DNA of 55,863 nucleotides from Candidatus Yonathbacteria bacterium (GCA_003483855.1 DMXP01000002.1:56851-112713); one strand, 5' to 3'. Shown: positions 1 through 7,728, numbered from the stretch's first letter. The notes: a model not told the origin generated them from the letters alone. Numbers and translations are program-made.

Positions 1-15
1 TGTTTCTGTATTTCA

Positions 16-87
16 TGACTCTACGGAGAATCGAACTCCGGTTTAAAGCTTGAGAAGCTTTCGTCCTAACCACTAGACGATAGAGCC
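16..87 (-). tRNA. tRNA-Glu (anticodon CUC), CCA not encoded
   Basis: Reverse complement GGCTCTATCGTCTAGTGGTTAGGAC-GAAAGC-TTCTCAA-GCTTT...GGAGTTCGATTCTCC-GTAGAGTC-A folds as a cloverleaf with TTCGA T-loop and CTC anticodon. Confidence 0.95.
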
Positions 88-189
88 TAATTTAACTAAT
101 GCCAAAGCGCCCTATGGCGCTTGTTTGGTACTATATCACATTTTCCCCATTTTTGGCAATTTTTAATTGTTGTAGAACCTCTAAATTTA

Positions 190-279
190 TATAAAGAAAT
201 CGAAATCCCGCTCTCGCCCTTGCCGGAGCAGAGGAGGATTGTGAAAATTTTGGATGTGAGGTTTTTGGACTTGGGGTGA
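190..279 (+). pseudogene. hsdS: Fragment of a type I restriction-modification specificity subunit (HsdS conserved region)
   Basis: Frame reads YKEIEIPLSPLPEQRRIVKILD..., matching the HsdS IPLPPLxEQxRIVxILD conserved segment; no start codon context, stop at 277-279. Confidence 0.65.
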
Positions 280-282
280 GGG

Positions 283-328
283 CATAACCGTGAAAAACCT
301 AGTTTTTTTACTCTTTTTCACGGTTATG
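283..328. repeat. 15-bp perfect inverted repeat with 16-nt spacer
   Basis: CATAACCGTGAAAAA (283-297) and TTTTTCACGGTTATG (314-328). Confidence 0.85.
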
Positions 329-373
329 GGAGTAATTTCAGTTTCTGTGTATTTACTGTATAATTAATCCGTC

Positions 374-907
374 ATGAAAAAAATAGCTTTAATAGTAGCT
401 ATCCTGCTCGTAGTTGTCGTAATATTTGGCCTAGGCGTTTTTCGATTGAAATTTGTAGTAAATGATACGCCAATCGTTGATATTGACGCCAATGAATTAA
501 GCGATGCTACATACACAATTGGTGGAGGTTTGATAAAAATGAGAGCCAATAATGATATTGAACTCAACAAAAAAAACCCGAACACAAAAACATGGACATG
601 GGTTAGCACGACCTATAGTGATGGTACTATTGTGAAGCCAGTTGATTCAAAAATGTTCGCATTGATTTTAAATAGCGACCAAACTTTTTTTGCTAGCACA
701 GATTGCAACAACATATCGGGTAAATATACAACAGATGAATATAAAGTATCTTTTGAGCAGATTGCATCCACGCTCATGTACTGCGATGCATCACAGGAAA
801 AGGATTTCATAAAATCCCTACAGGAGGCTGTTGAGTATAAATTTAATTCCTCAGGAGAGTTTACTCTTTTGTTAAAGGATAACGGAGGGGTAGCTGTATT
901 TAGGTAA
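374..907 (+). CDS. META/HslJ-domain membrane-anchored protein
   Basis: N-terminal TM helix; STDCNNISGKY and ASTLMYC motifs typical of META domains. Confidence 0.75.
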   Translation: MKKIALIVAILLVVVVIFGLGVFRLKFVVNDTPIVDIDANELSDATYTIGGGLIKMRANNDIELNKKNPNTKTWTWVSTTYSDGTIVKPVDSKMFALILNSDQTFFASTDCNNISGKYTTDEYKVSFEQIASTLMYCDASQEKDFIKSLQEAVEYKFNSSGEFTLLLKDNGGVAVFR

Positions 908-957
908 CTAATGAAGGATAGTATTTGTTGTCACACGCAGAGCACTTTTGTTACTTT

Positions 958-1590
958 ATGAAAATATTTACACATAGAGGATGGTCGGCAGGTAACGACG
1001 AAAACACATTACGCGCCTTTAAAAAATCAGTAACATCTGGCGCAGATGGCGTGGAGTTTGATATTCGGTGTGGCACAGACAAAAAAACAGTTGTTTGCGC
1101 TCACGATCAAGTATTAAATGATTCCGCGCTCACTCTTGAGGAAGCGTTAAAATATTTAGCGCCAACAAATCTAGAATTGTTAATCGAATTCAAGGAGTTC
1201 TCAAAAGAATTTTATAATGATGCTATAAAACTAATCCGTAAGTATAATGTTGTAGACAGAACAACTATTTTTGGTTTTCCACCTGAGGCCGAGCTCTTTC
1301 CGTGGGATACAAGGCAGGACATTAAATTGGGGATTATTGCCCCTTACCCAAAATGTATAAAAAAATATATTGAAATGTATAATCCAGACATTGTTCTTTT
1401 AGGGTGGGGGAACAAAAAAGAGAGATTAAAATTCAGAGCAGTGTGGAGCTTTTTAACTCTTCAAAAAACATTTACAAAATATTCTAATATTAAATTTGTC
1501 ATTGGCGTTGCGTATACAACAAGTGATAAAAAATGGCTGTGCAGACAACACGGACTATATGGCATAACAGCCGATATGCCTCTAGTGTAG
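958..1590 (+). CDS. Glycerophosphodiester phosphodiesterase family protein
   Basis: HRG..ENT..AF and GADGVEFDI motifs; start moved to the ATG at 958 (MKIFTHRG). Confidence 0.85.
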   Translation: MKIFTHRGWSAGNDENTLRAFKKSVTSGADGVEFDIRCGTDKKTVVCAHDQVLNDSALTLEEALKYLAPTNLELLIEFKEFSKEFYNDAIKLIRKYNVVDRTTIFGFPPEAELFPWDTRQDIKLGIIAPYPKCIKKYIEMYNPDIVLLGWGNKKERLKFRAVWSFLTLQKTFTKYSNIKFVIGVAYTTSDKKWLCRQHGLYGITADMPLV

Positions 1591-1630
1591 CTATTTTGCT
1601 GAAGCGCGCATTATGCGATAGAATTAGTGA

Positions 1631-2341
1631 ATGGATAACCTAAGGAAAGTGGCAATTTTTGATATTGATGGCACTATTTTTCGTTCTTCGCTTTTGATAG
1701 AACTTGTGGAAGTTTTGATTGATTTTGGGTTATTTCCGCTACATGCCCGAGCGGACTATGAAAAAGAAAAAGTGAAGTGGCTAGACCGCGAGGGAGACTA
1801 CGAGGCATACATAATGGCAGTGGTTAAGGTATTTATGAGTAATATAAAAGGAGTTGCGTACAGTGAATTTATGCGCGCCTCAAAAATTGTTGTTGATCGC
1901 TATCGCCACCGCACCTATGTTTATACCGAAAATCTTATCAAGGATTTAAAAAAAGATGGATATTACCTTCTCGCGATCTCAAAGTCTCCAAAAGGGACTC
2001 TGGACTTATTTTGTAAGGATGTTGGCTTTGATAAAACATACGGGATGCTTTACGAGACAGGCCCGACGGAATGCTTCACTGGAAATGTCATTGATGAGCA
2101 TTTGATCGCCAACAAGGCAAATATAGTGCGACGAGCCTGCGAAAAGGAAGGGCTTACACTGGAAGGCTCTGTAGGCGTGGGGGACACGGAAGGAGACATT
2201 TCATTTTTGGAAATGGTGGAGCGACCTATTTGTTTCAATCCAAATCAAAAACTTTCTCGCCACGCAAAGCTAATGGGCTGGGAGATAGTGGTTGAACGCA
2301 AGGATGTGATTTATAAACTTAATGAGAAAGGTAGTGTATAA
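1631..2341 (+). CDS. HAD-IB family hydrolase (phosphoserine-phosphatase-like)
   Basis: DIDGT motif I; GVGDTEGD motif IV; FNP near the C-terminus. Confidence 0.85.
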   Translation: MDNLRKVAIFDIDGTIFRSSLLIELVEVLIDFGLFPLHARADYEKEKVKWLDREGDYEAYIMAVVKVFMSNIKGVAYSEFMRASKIVVDRYRHRTYVYTENLIKDLKKDGYYLLAISKSPKGTLDLFCKDVGFDKTYGMLYETGPTECFTGNVIDEHLIANKANIVRRACEKEGLTLEGSVGVGDTEGDISFLEMVERPICFNPNQKLSRHAKLMGWEIVVERKDVIYKLNEKGSV

Positions 2342-2346
2342 AAATT

Positions 2347-2610
2347 ATGGAACCAATAAATATCATTAAAAATGAGGGAAGTCGTATAACAAACGAAGTC
2401 CGTGAACGTTCAATGACTTACATAGCAGGAGGTTTAGGTATCGTAGTTGGCCTCGCATGGAATGAGGCAATCAAGTCGCTCATTGATTACCTTTACCCAG
2501 CTTCATCAGCTAACTCAATTTCTGCAAAATTTGTTTATGCAATCATTATTACAGTAATTGTAGTACTTGTGACAATGTACATAGTGCGTCCTCCAGCAAA
2601 AAAGGTATAA
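2347..2610 (+). CDS. Small 2-TM protein, DUF5654-like
   Basis: GLGIVVGLAWNEAIKSLI pattern and two hydrophobic helices. Confidence 0.7.
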   Translation: MEPINIIKNEGSRITNEVRERSMTYIAGGLGIVVGLAWNEAIKSLIDYLYPASSANSISAKFVYAIIITVIVVLVTMYIVRPPAKKV

Positions 2611-2616
2611 AATATT

Positions 2617-3525
2617 CTATGAAACAAGTGACTGAATAGGAACCTCCAATTTTGCGAATGCGGAATTTTTGTGCACGTTGCCTTCTTCGTCTATGAGAAA
2701 GTAGGGAAGCCCGCTTTGCTCTAGGCGAGCGGTGGCTTGTATCGGTCCGAGGAGTATCGCGAGCGATGCTTCTGTATCGGCGCGCTCGCATGTTTCCGCT
2801 ATTACTGTCGCGCTTACCACGCCGTTTGCAGGACATTTATTTTTCATATTCACTAGATGGTGCCATTTTTTGCCGTCCTGCTCGCCTTTTGTTTGGTACA
2901 CGCCAGATGTCGCTATACCAGCGTTTTTTAGCCCCACAGCAGACACAATGGCGTCTGGATTGTTCGGAGCCTGCACCGCGATATTCCATGCCGAACCCCC
3001 ATCGTAGTCCCCTTTTGTTAAAATATCCCCGCCGACATTTATCATAAATCCTGGCACTTTTTCTAGTGCCTTTCCAGCAGAGTCTATCGCCATTCCTTTT
3101 ATAATGCACGCAGGTTCCAAAATTTGCCCAGGCGCGAGACGGATGAGAAGCTCGCGTTCATTGAAAGCAAGGTCGCGATATGTGGGAGAGTTTGCAGGCG
3201 AAATAAAATTTTCTGGTAGCCCGTAACCATACGATGCTAGAATACCACCGACAGATGGGTCAAATGCGCCATCTGTTTCCGCAGATAGGGCTACGCATTT
3301 TTTGATAACCTGAAAAAGTTCCACGCCAACTTTGTGCCATGCGCCATTACTCATATTTAGAGCCATAAGCTCGCTATCTGGTTCGAAGCGACTAAAGCGA
3401 AGATCGTATTCATTGAATACAATCTCGGCTTTTTTAACTGCTTCGCCTGCTTCTTTTTTTGGTAATCCAACAATCGTGATATGAATTGGAATACCCATTG
3501 AGTGAAAAACGTAGTGTTCGGTCAT
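2617..3525 (-). CDS. apbE: FAD:protein FMN transferase (ApbE family), no N-terminal signal peptide
   Basis: SMG start motif, RFSRF..DSEL, GAFDPSVG, IIKG.AID, NVGGDI, ATSG, HHL, SATV. Confidence 0.9.
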   Translation of the reverse strand: MTEHYVFHSMGIPIHITIVGLPKKEAGEAVKKAEIVFNEYDLRFSRFEPDSELMALNMSNGAWHKVGVELFQVIKKCVALSAETDGAFDPSVGGILASYGYGLPENFISPANSPTYRDLAFNERELLIRLAPGQILEPACIIKGMAIDSAGKALEKVPGFMINVGGDILTKGDYDGGSAWNIAVQAPNNPDAIVSAVGLKNAGIATSGVYQTKGEQDGKKWHHLVNMKNKCPANGVVSATVIAETCERADTEASLAILLGPIQATARLEQSGLPYFLIDEEGNVHKNSAFAKLEVPIQSLVS

Positions 3526-3536
3526 ATAGTAAAATT

Positions 3537-4097
3537 TTAATCATCGTCATGATCGTCATCCCATTCATCATCATCATGATCGTTACCTTTTCGGTATTTT
3601 TTAGGTACTGCAGGTTTTGCAGTTGATGTGGTTATTGCGCTTCCAATATTTGCAGTTATTGATTGTCCTTCTGTATTTGCCTTAGCAATAGCGCTTTCCA
3701 GTGAGGATTTGAAGGCGATACTTGTATACGTTGCGCCTGATACCCCCTGTATATTTGCTGAACCTGCCCTAAGTGCTTGCTCAACTAAAAATGGCTCAGC
3801 ATAAACAGATGGGGGAGAATCGGGGATTGATGGCATATTTGTAGCAATAATTTTCCCATCCTTAACAGTAATAGAAGCAACCGCGTTGCCCCACGGGGTT
3901 TGGTATGCTTTTCCAGTAATGGTCGTCGCAGAGGATAGAACAGACGGAGATAGAGGAGCTGTTCCTTCTGGCGTTGTCGCTGTTGCAAGTACCCCCTCCT
4001 TCTTAATACGAGTAATGCCGGCAAATACTAAAACAACTGAAACCGCTGTAAAGAAGATAACGAAAAACTTTTGAAGAATTTTTGATAAAGAGGTCAT
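3537..4097 (-). CDS. Membrane-anchored FMN-binding (flavinylation substrate) protein with acidic His/Asp tail
   Basis: N-terminal TM helix; TPWGNAVASITVKDGKI and GVSGATYTS ([S/T]GA[S/T] motif); ends NDHDDDEWDDDHDDD. Confidence 0.85.
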   Translation of the reverse strand: MTSLSKILQKFFVIFFTAVSVVLVFAGITRIKKEGVLATATTPEGTAPLSPSVLSSATTITGKAYQTPWGNAVASITVKDGKIIATNMPSIPDSPPSVYAEPFLVEQALRAGSANIQGVSGATYTSIAFKSSLESAIAKANTEGQSITANIGSAITTSTAKPAVPKKYRKGNDHDDDEWDDDHDDD

Positions 4098-4099
4098 AA

Positions 4100-4570
4100 T
4101 TATACTGCTTCAAATATCTCGCGAACTTTAGAGCGAATAAAGAACCACCAACCAAGAAGAAGCACCAACTCTCCTAGATAAAGAGCTACGAGCGCAAATG
4201 CGAAACTCGTTACCTCTCTTTGAATAGCTGTAGTGGATTTCATTAGCACAGCTTGTTTATCAATGTCAGCGTAAGCGAGGTATCTTTCATCGCCAATTGA
4301 GGTTTCGTAAAACCCGACATGTGCGCTCGATTGGGTACGAAATAACAAAATATCTTCCGGTAGCGTAACCGTTTGTTCAGTGGCTGTTGCATCTGGTGAT
4401 GGAAGAGACTCACTATATCTTAGAAGCTCATCATGTAGTTCGTTGTTTTCTATCCAGTTAAGAGCTCCTAATGTAACGCCATTTAATGCAAGGAGCGCAA
4501 AAAGAACCGCAATACCATAATTGCGCACTGCCCCTAGCCCTCTATACACAGCTATTTCGTTTGATTCCAT
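4100..4570 (-). CDS. 2-TM membrane protein with an ~85-aa extracytoplasmic loop (orphan sensor-like domain)
   Basis: Two hydrophobic segments flank a soluble loop; ends about 10 aa after TM2 with no signalling domain. Confidence 0.65.
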   Translation of the reverse strand: MESNEIAVYRGLGAVRNYGIAVLFALLALNGVTLGALNWIENNELHDELLRYSESLPSPDATATEQTVTLPEDILLFRTQSSAHVGFYETSIGDERYLAYADIDKQAVLMKSTTAIQREVTSFAFALVALYLGELVLLLGWWFFIRSKVREIFEAV

Positions 4571-4594
4571 AATGTTTTATTATTATCTCTAAAT

Positions 4595-4671
4595 TATACC
4601 CCCACACCTACTTTTTTCATAGTCAGTTCTGTTGTTGAATACAAAAAAGTGAAAGTAGGTGTGGGGGTATA
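4595..4671. repeat. 20-bp perfect inverted repeat with 37-nt spacer inside the operon
   Basis: TATACCCCCACACCTACTTT (4595-4614) and AAAGTAGGTGTGGGGGTATA (4652-4671). Confidence 0.9.
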
Positions 4672-4675
4672 CTCC

Positions 4676-5404
4676 CTAGCCAAACTTTTGTACAAATACT
4701 TGTTTCTTAGGCATTCCAATATCCTCAAGAGCGGAGAGTACGCCAAGTGTCATTGGAGGAATACCGCAAATATAAATATCGCTCTCTTTTATTGATTCCG
4801 CGTTTTTTGGAACATAGTCGGTTACGTATCCACGAGCCCCTCTCCACGACGGGTCTCCGTTTGAAAGAACAGGGTTAAATGTAACGAGTCCTGGATACTT
4901 TTGAGCAAGATCCTCAAATTCATTTTTGAAAGCGATGTCCGATTCTTTTGGAGAGCCAAGGTAGATGGTTGAATGCGCGCCCTCTTTGATAGCTTCCTCA
5001 AGCATCATTCTAAAAGGCGCGATACCAGTAGATGTGGCAAAGAATACTTTTGGTCTGCCTGTGCCAGAGCGGTACGGAAAATCATCAAAGGGTCCGTAAA
5101 AAAGCACTTTTGTTCCAACTGAAGTGTCGCGAAAGAATCGCGCCCCGCATCCACCTCCAGAAAAACTTACTAATAGTGTGAATGAATGATCGTCGCTTTT
5201 TGCGGTGGAGTAGCATCGTGGTACGCAGTCCCATGTGAGAGCCGTAACATACGACCCAAGGGGGAATGGCGCCTTTATGTTTTCTGGAAGGCCGATTCGG
5301 ACTCGTTGAATACGCGAACCAATGCGCTCGCTTTCAATGATTGCGCCAGTGAAGTGATGCGCTTCTGTGAACCATTTGCGAACGACGCGAGGAATAATTT
5401 TCAT
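4676..5404 (-). CDS. FAD/NAD(P)-binding oxidoreductase, ferredoxin-NADP reductase (FNR/Fre) superfamily
   Basis: RCYS (RxYS FAD motif), GGCGARFF, GPF, ATSTGIAPF, YICGIPPM, terminal KFG. Confidence 0.85.
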   Translation of the reverse strand: MKIIPRVVRKWFTEAHHFTGAIIESERIGSRIQRVRIGLPENIKAPFPLGSYVTALTWDCVPRCYSTAKSDDHSFTLLVSFSGGGCGARFFRDTSVGTKVLFYGPFDDFPYRSGTGRPKVFFATSTGIAPFRMMLEEAIKEGAHSTIYLGSPKESDIAFKNEFEDLAQKYPGLVTFNPVLSNGDPSWRGARGYVTDYVPKNAESIKESDIYICGIPPMTLGVLSALEDIGMPKKQVFVQKFG

Positions 5405-5406
5405 AT

Positions 5407-5649
5407 TTAGAAGAATACAAAGAATACCGAACTAAAGAGCGCGAGGAGAAAGTGAACCAAGAGAATTCCAAAGCAGAGCCAGCCAAACCAGTGATGAAAC
5501 GGCGTGAGCGGTATTTGAAACTTTGTAAAAATATTGTAGTTGTACTGTTTCGTAAGGGCGGTAATGAGGAGCAATAAAAAAAAGAACCCGCCAATCATGC
5601 CAGTCCACCACACGAGTCCGTGCCCCATAAATATTGTCATTGGTGTCAT
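5407..5649 (-). CDS. Small 2-TM protein with paired His on TM2 (putative half cytochrome b, DUF4405/ferric-reductase-like)
   Basis: HHWFGWLCFGILLVH places His residues 13-14 apart in one helix; directly upstream of the FNR gene (2-nt gap). Confidence 0.55.
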   Translation of the reverse strand: MTPMTIFMGHGLVWWTGMIGGFFFLLLLITALTKQYNYNIFTKFQIPLTPFHHWFGWLCFGILLVHFLLALFSSVFFVFF

Positions 5650-5797
5650 ATTCGTAATACAGACGGCGATAATTAGCCATTCTTACCGATATATTATCAC
5701 TTATATTGCTATGTTGTAAACGGTGGTTGTCATTTGCGAGTGGTTGTGATACGTTAAAAATAGAAGTACCGACAAACCGTAGAAGGAGAACATTCAA

Positions 5798-5908
5798 ATG
5801 CTGAAAAAGATATTTTGCGCAATTTTGGAAGCAATCAAATGTTTGGACCCCTCAAGATTCAAGGAGTTCAAGAACGAGATGGATCGCGACCAAAAACACG
5901 CGCAGTGA
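5798..5908 (+). CDS. 36-aa small ORF (MLKKIFCAILEAIKCLDPSRFKEFKNEMDRDQKHAQ)
   Basis: AAGGAG SD at 5783-5788; followed immediately by the palindromic terminator. Confidence 0.4.
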   Translation: MLKKIFCAILEAIKCLDPSRFKEFKNEMDRDQKHAQ

Positions 5909-5914
5909 AAAGAA

Positions 5915-5946
5915 AATGCCCACATCGCAATTGCGATGTGGGCATT
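5915..5946. terminator. 32-bp perfect palindrome between convergent ORFs (bidirectional terminator-like)
   Basis: AATGCCCACATCGCAA|TTGCGATGTGGGCATT. Confidence 0.75.
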
Positions 5947-5956
5947 CATTTTGTTG

Positions 5957-6253
5957 CTAAAGATCATGAGCGGGGATTCCCGCTATGAGTGACGCTTCGC
6001 ATTTCCCAGCGTCCTCAATGTGTTCGTCTCTGGTCATTTTTGAAAATAAATTCATTTGCTGACCAGAGATTTTTAACTTCCTCGGACGTTTCTTCCTCTT
6101 GCCGAGGATGCTCCCGACTTCACGACGTGTTGTTGCGAAGTCAAGATTGTAATTTCGCATCACTTGCGCGAATGCAAAATCAAACCCAATCTTCTCGGAT
6201 TTCATTACGAATGAAATCCGATTTGCGACTTCAACATAAATGTCGTTGCTCAC
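5957..6253 (-). CDS. Hypothetical basic protein with QMNLF clamp-binding-like motif
   Basis: GTG start with AAAGGTGG SD 6 nt upstream and TGGTATAAT promoter further upstream; 98-aa ORF. Confidence 0.65.
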   Translation of the reverse strand: MSNDIYVEVANRISFVMKSEKIGFDFAFAQVMRNYNLDFATTRREVGSILGKRKKRPRKLKISGQQMNLFSKMTRDEHIEDAGKCEASLIAGIPAHDL

Positions 6254-6348
6254 AGCACACCACCTTTCAAAATTTATCTTTTTATATTATACCATATCCA
6301 CAGAAAAAAGCAAGCGAAAACGCTATGCACAAAATATCCACAGAATTA

Positions 6349-6537
6349 AGGGTCTACCTCCAATCTCGCATCCGAACAGAACGGCAGAATTTCTTGGCAA
6401 AAAGCAAGCTGGAGCCCGAATCATATCGAGATATTATGAGGGCGAAGCGAAGGTTTTTTGACAGAAATTCTGACGTTCGGACGGATGAGCAAGAATTTTC
6501 AAATGTATATATTGCGTCGAGATTGGAGGTAGGCCCT
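6349..6537. repeat. 189-bp rod-like palindromic element (MITE-like or structured ncRNA)
   Basis: Terminal 20-nt IR AGGGTCTACCTCCAATCTCG / CGAGATTGGAGGTAGGCCCT (19/20) plus nested inner stems. Confidence 0.7.
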
Positions 6538-6620
6538 ATGCATTTTTTTGGAATTTTGAAACTTGCGAAGGCATGCGGTTGTGTTAAGATAAGTGCACAC
6601 AAATTAATTTTATACTCTTT

Positions 6621-7625
6621 ATGCCAATCGGAATGCCAAATCAAATGTATCAAAATTCAATCTTCTGGATTGAAATTGAAAAAATAAAACCAAATCCTTT
6701 TCAACCTCGAAAAGAATTTGATGAGTTTAAGCTTCGCGACCTTGCGGACTCTATAAAACAATACGGCATTTTGCAACCGCTCGTTGTTACACGCAGAGAA
6801 ATTGAAAAGCCCGAAGGTGGACTCGCGGTAGAGTACGAACTCATTGCTGGAGAGCGTCGCTTGCGCGCTTCAAAAATTGCAGGGCTTCAACAAGTGCCAG
6901 TGCTTATTCGCATCGGTGAAGAAGGTAAGGAGGAAGAAGACCGAGTGAAGCTTGAGCTCGCCATCATTGAAAACCTTCAGCGTGAAGACCTAAACCCAGT
7001 AGACCGCGCAAAAGCGTTTCAGCGTCTTGCGGACGATTTTGGTTTCAAGCATGTGCAGATTGCGATGAAGGTGGGCAAGAGTCGTGAGTATGTTTCAAAC
7101 ACTCTTCGCCTGCTTGCTCTCCCAGAGGAGATGCTTACAGCGCTCGCAGAAAGAAAAATTACCGAGGGACACACACGTCCGCTACTTATGCTTTGCGATC
7201 GCAAAGAGGAGCAACTTACTCTTTACAAAGAAATTATTTTCAAAAAACTTAATGTTCGCGAGTCGGAAAGAATTGCGCGTCGTATTGCGGTGGAAAAAGT
7301 TCGGAAAATTAGTCTCATAGATCCAGAGGTTGCGGAATTTGAAGCAGAGCTTACGGAAGTGCTTGGAACCCGTGTTCAGATTGAAAAGAAGGATGTTGGT
7401 GGAAAGATAGTTATTGATTTTTTCTCAAACGACGATGTGCGAGCTTTTATGAAGCGTTTGCACAATGAAATGAAAGGCGTGTCCGTAGCGGAGGCCCCAT
7501 TGGGTGAAACTAAAGCAGAAGCGGCACAACCCGCAGTGGCTGGTGACCTTGCTGAAGGCGGGGAGGATGTGATGGAAAAGGATCCAGACGAAGATTTGTA
7601 TAACGTAAAAAATTTCTCATTATAA
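6621..7625 (+). CDS. parB: ParB/Spo0J chromosome partition protein (no adjacent parA)
   Basis: IKPNPFQPRK, GILQPL, LIAGERRLRA, IIENLQREDL, HTH with GKSREYVSNTLRLL. Confidence 0.93.
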   Translation: MPIGMPNQMYQNSIFWIEIEKIKPNPFQPRKEFDEFKLRDLADSIKQYGILQPLVVTRREIEKPEGGLAVEYELIAGERRLRASKIAGLQQVPVLIRIGEEGKEEEDRVKLELAIIENLQREDLNPVDRAKAFQRLADDFGFKHVQIAMKVGKSREYVSNTLRLLALPEEMLTALAERKITEGHTRPLLMLCDRKEEQLTLYKEIIFKKLNVRESERIARRIAVEKVRKISLIDPEVAEFEAELTEVLGTRVQIEKKDVGGKIVIDFFSNDDVRAFMKRLHNEMKGVSVAEAPLGETKAEAAQPAVAGDLAEGGEDVMEKDPDEDLYNVKNFSL

Positions 7626-7630
7626 ATAAC

Positions 7631-7725
7631 AGAATATGGAATTTTGAATAGATGCAAGAATGGGTGTGTTGCCTAAGGCAACCCACCCATTCTTTATTCT
7701 AAATTCAACATTCAATATTCTATTC
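7631..7725. repeat. Heptamer-flanked palindromic repeat, copy A
   Basis: (NNNGAAT)n arm, core GTTGCCTAAGGCAAC (7668-7682), (ATTCNNN)n arm; between convergent parB and rel. Confidence 0.75.
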
Positions 7726-7728
7726 CCC

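Noticed and set aside
5723-5749. GTGGTTGT direct repeat (17-bp period) upstream of the redox operon
   Set aside because: Only two 8-mers, with no known regulator consensus matched; could be chance.
6254-6620. parS site near parB
   Set aside because: No match to the TGTTTCACGTGAAACA-type palindrome was found.
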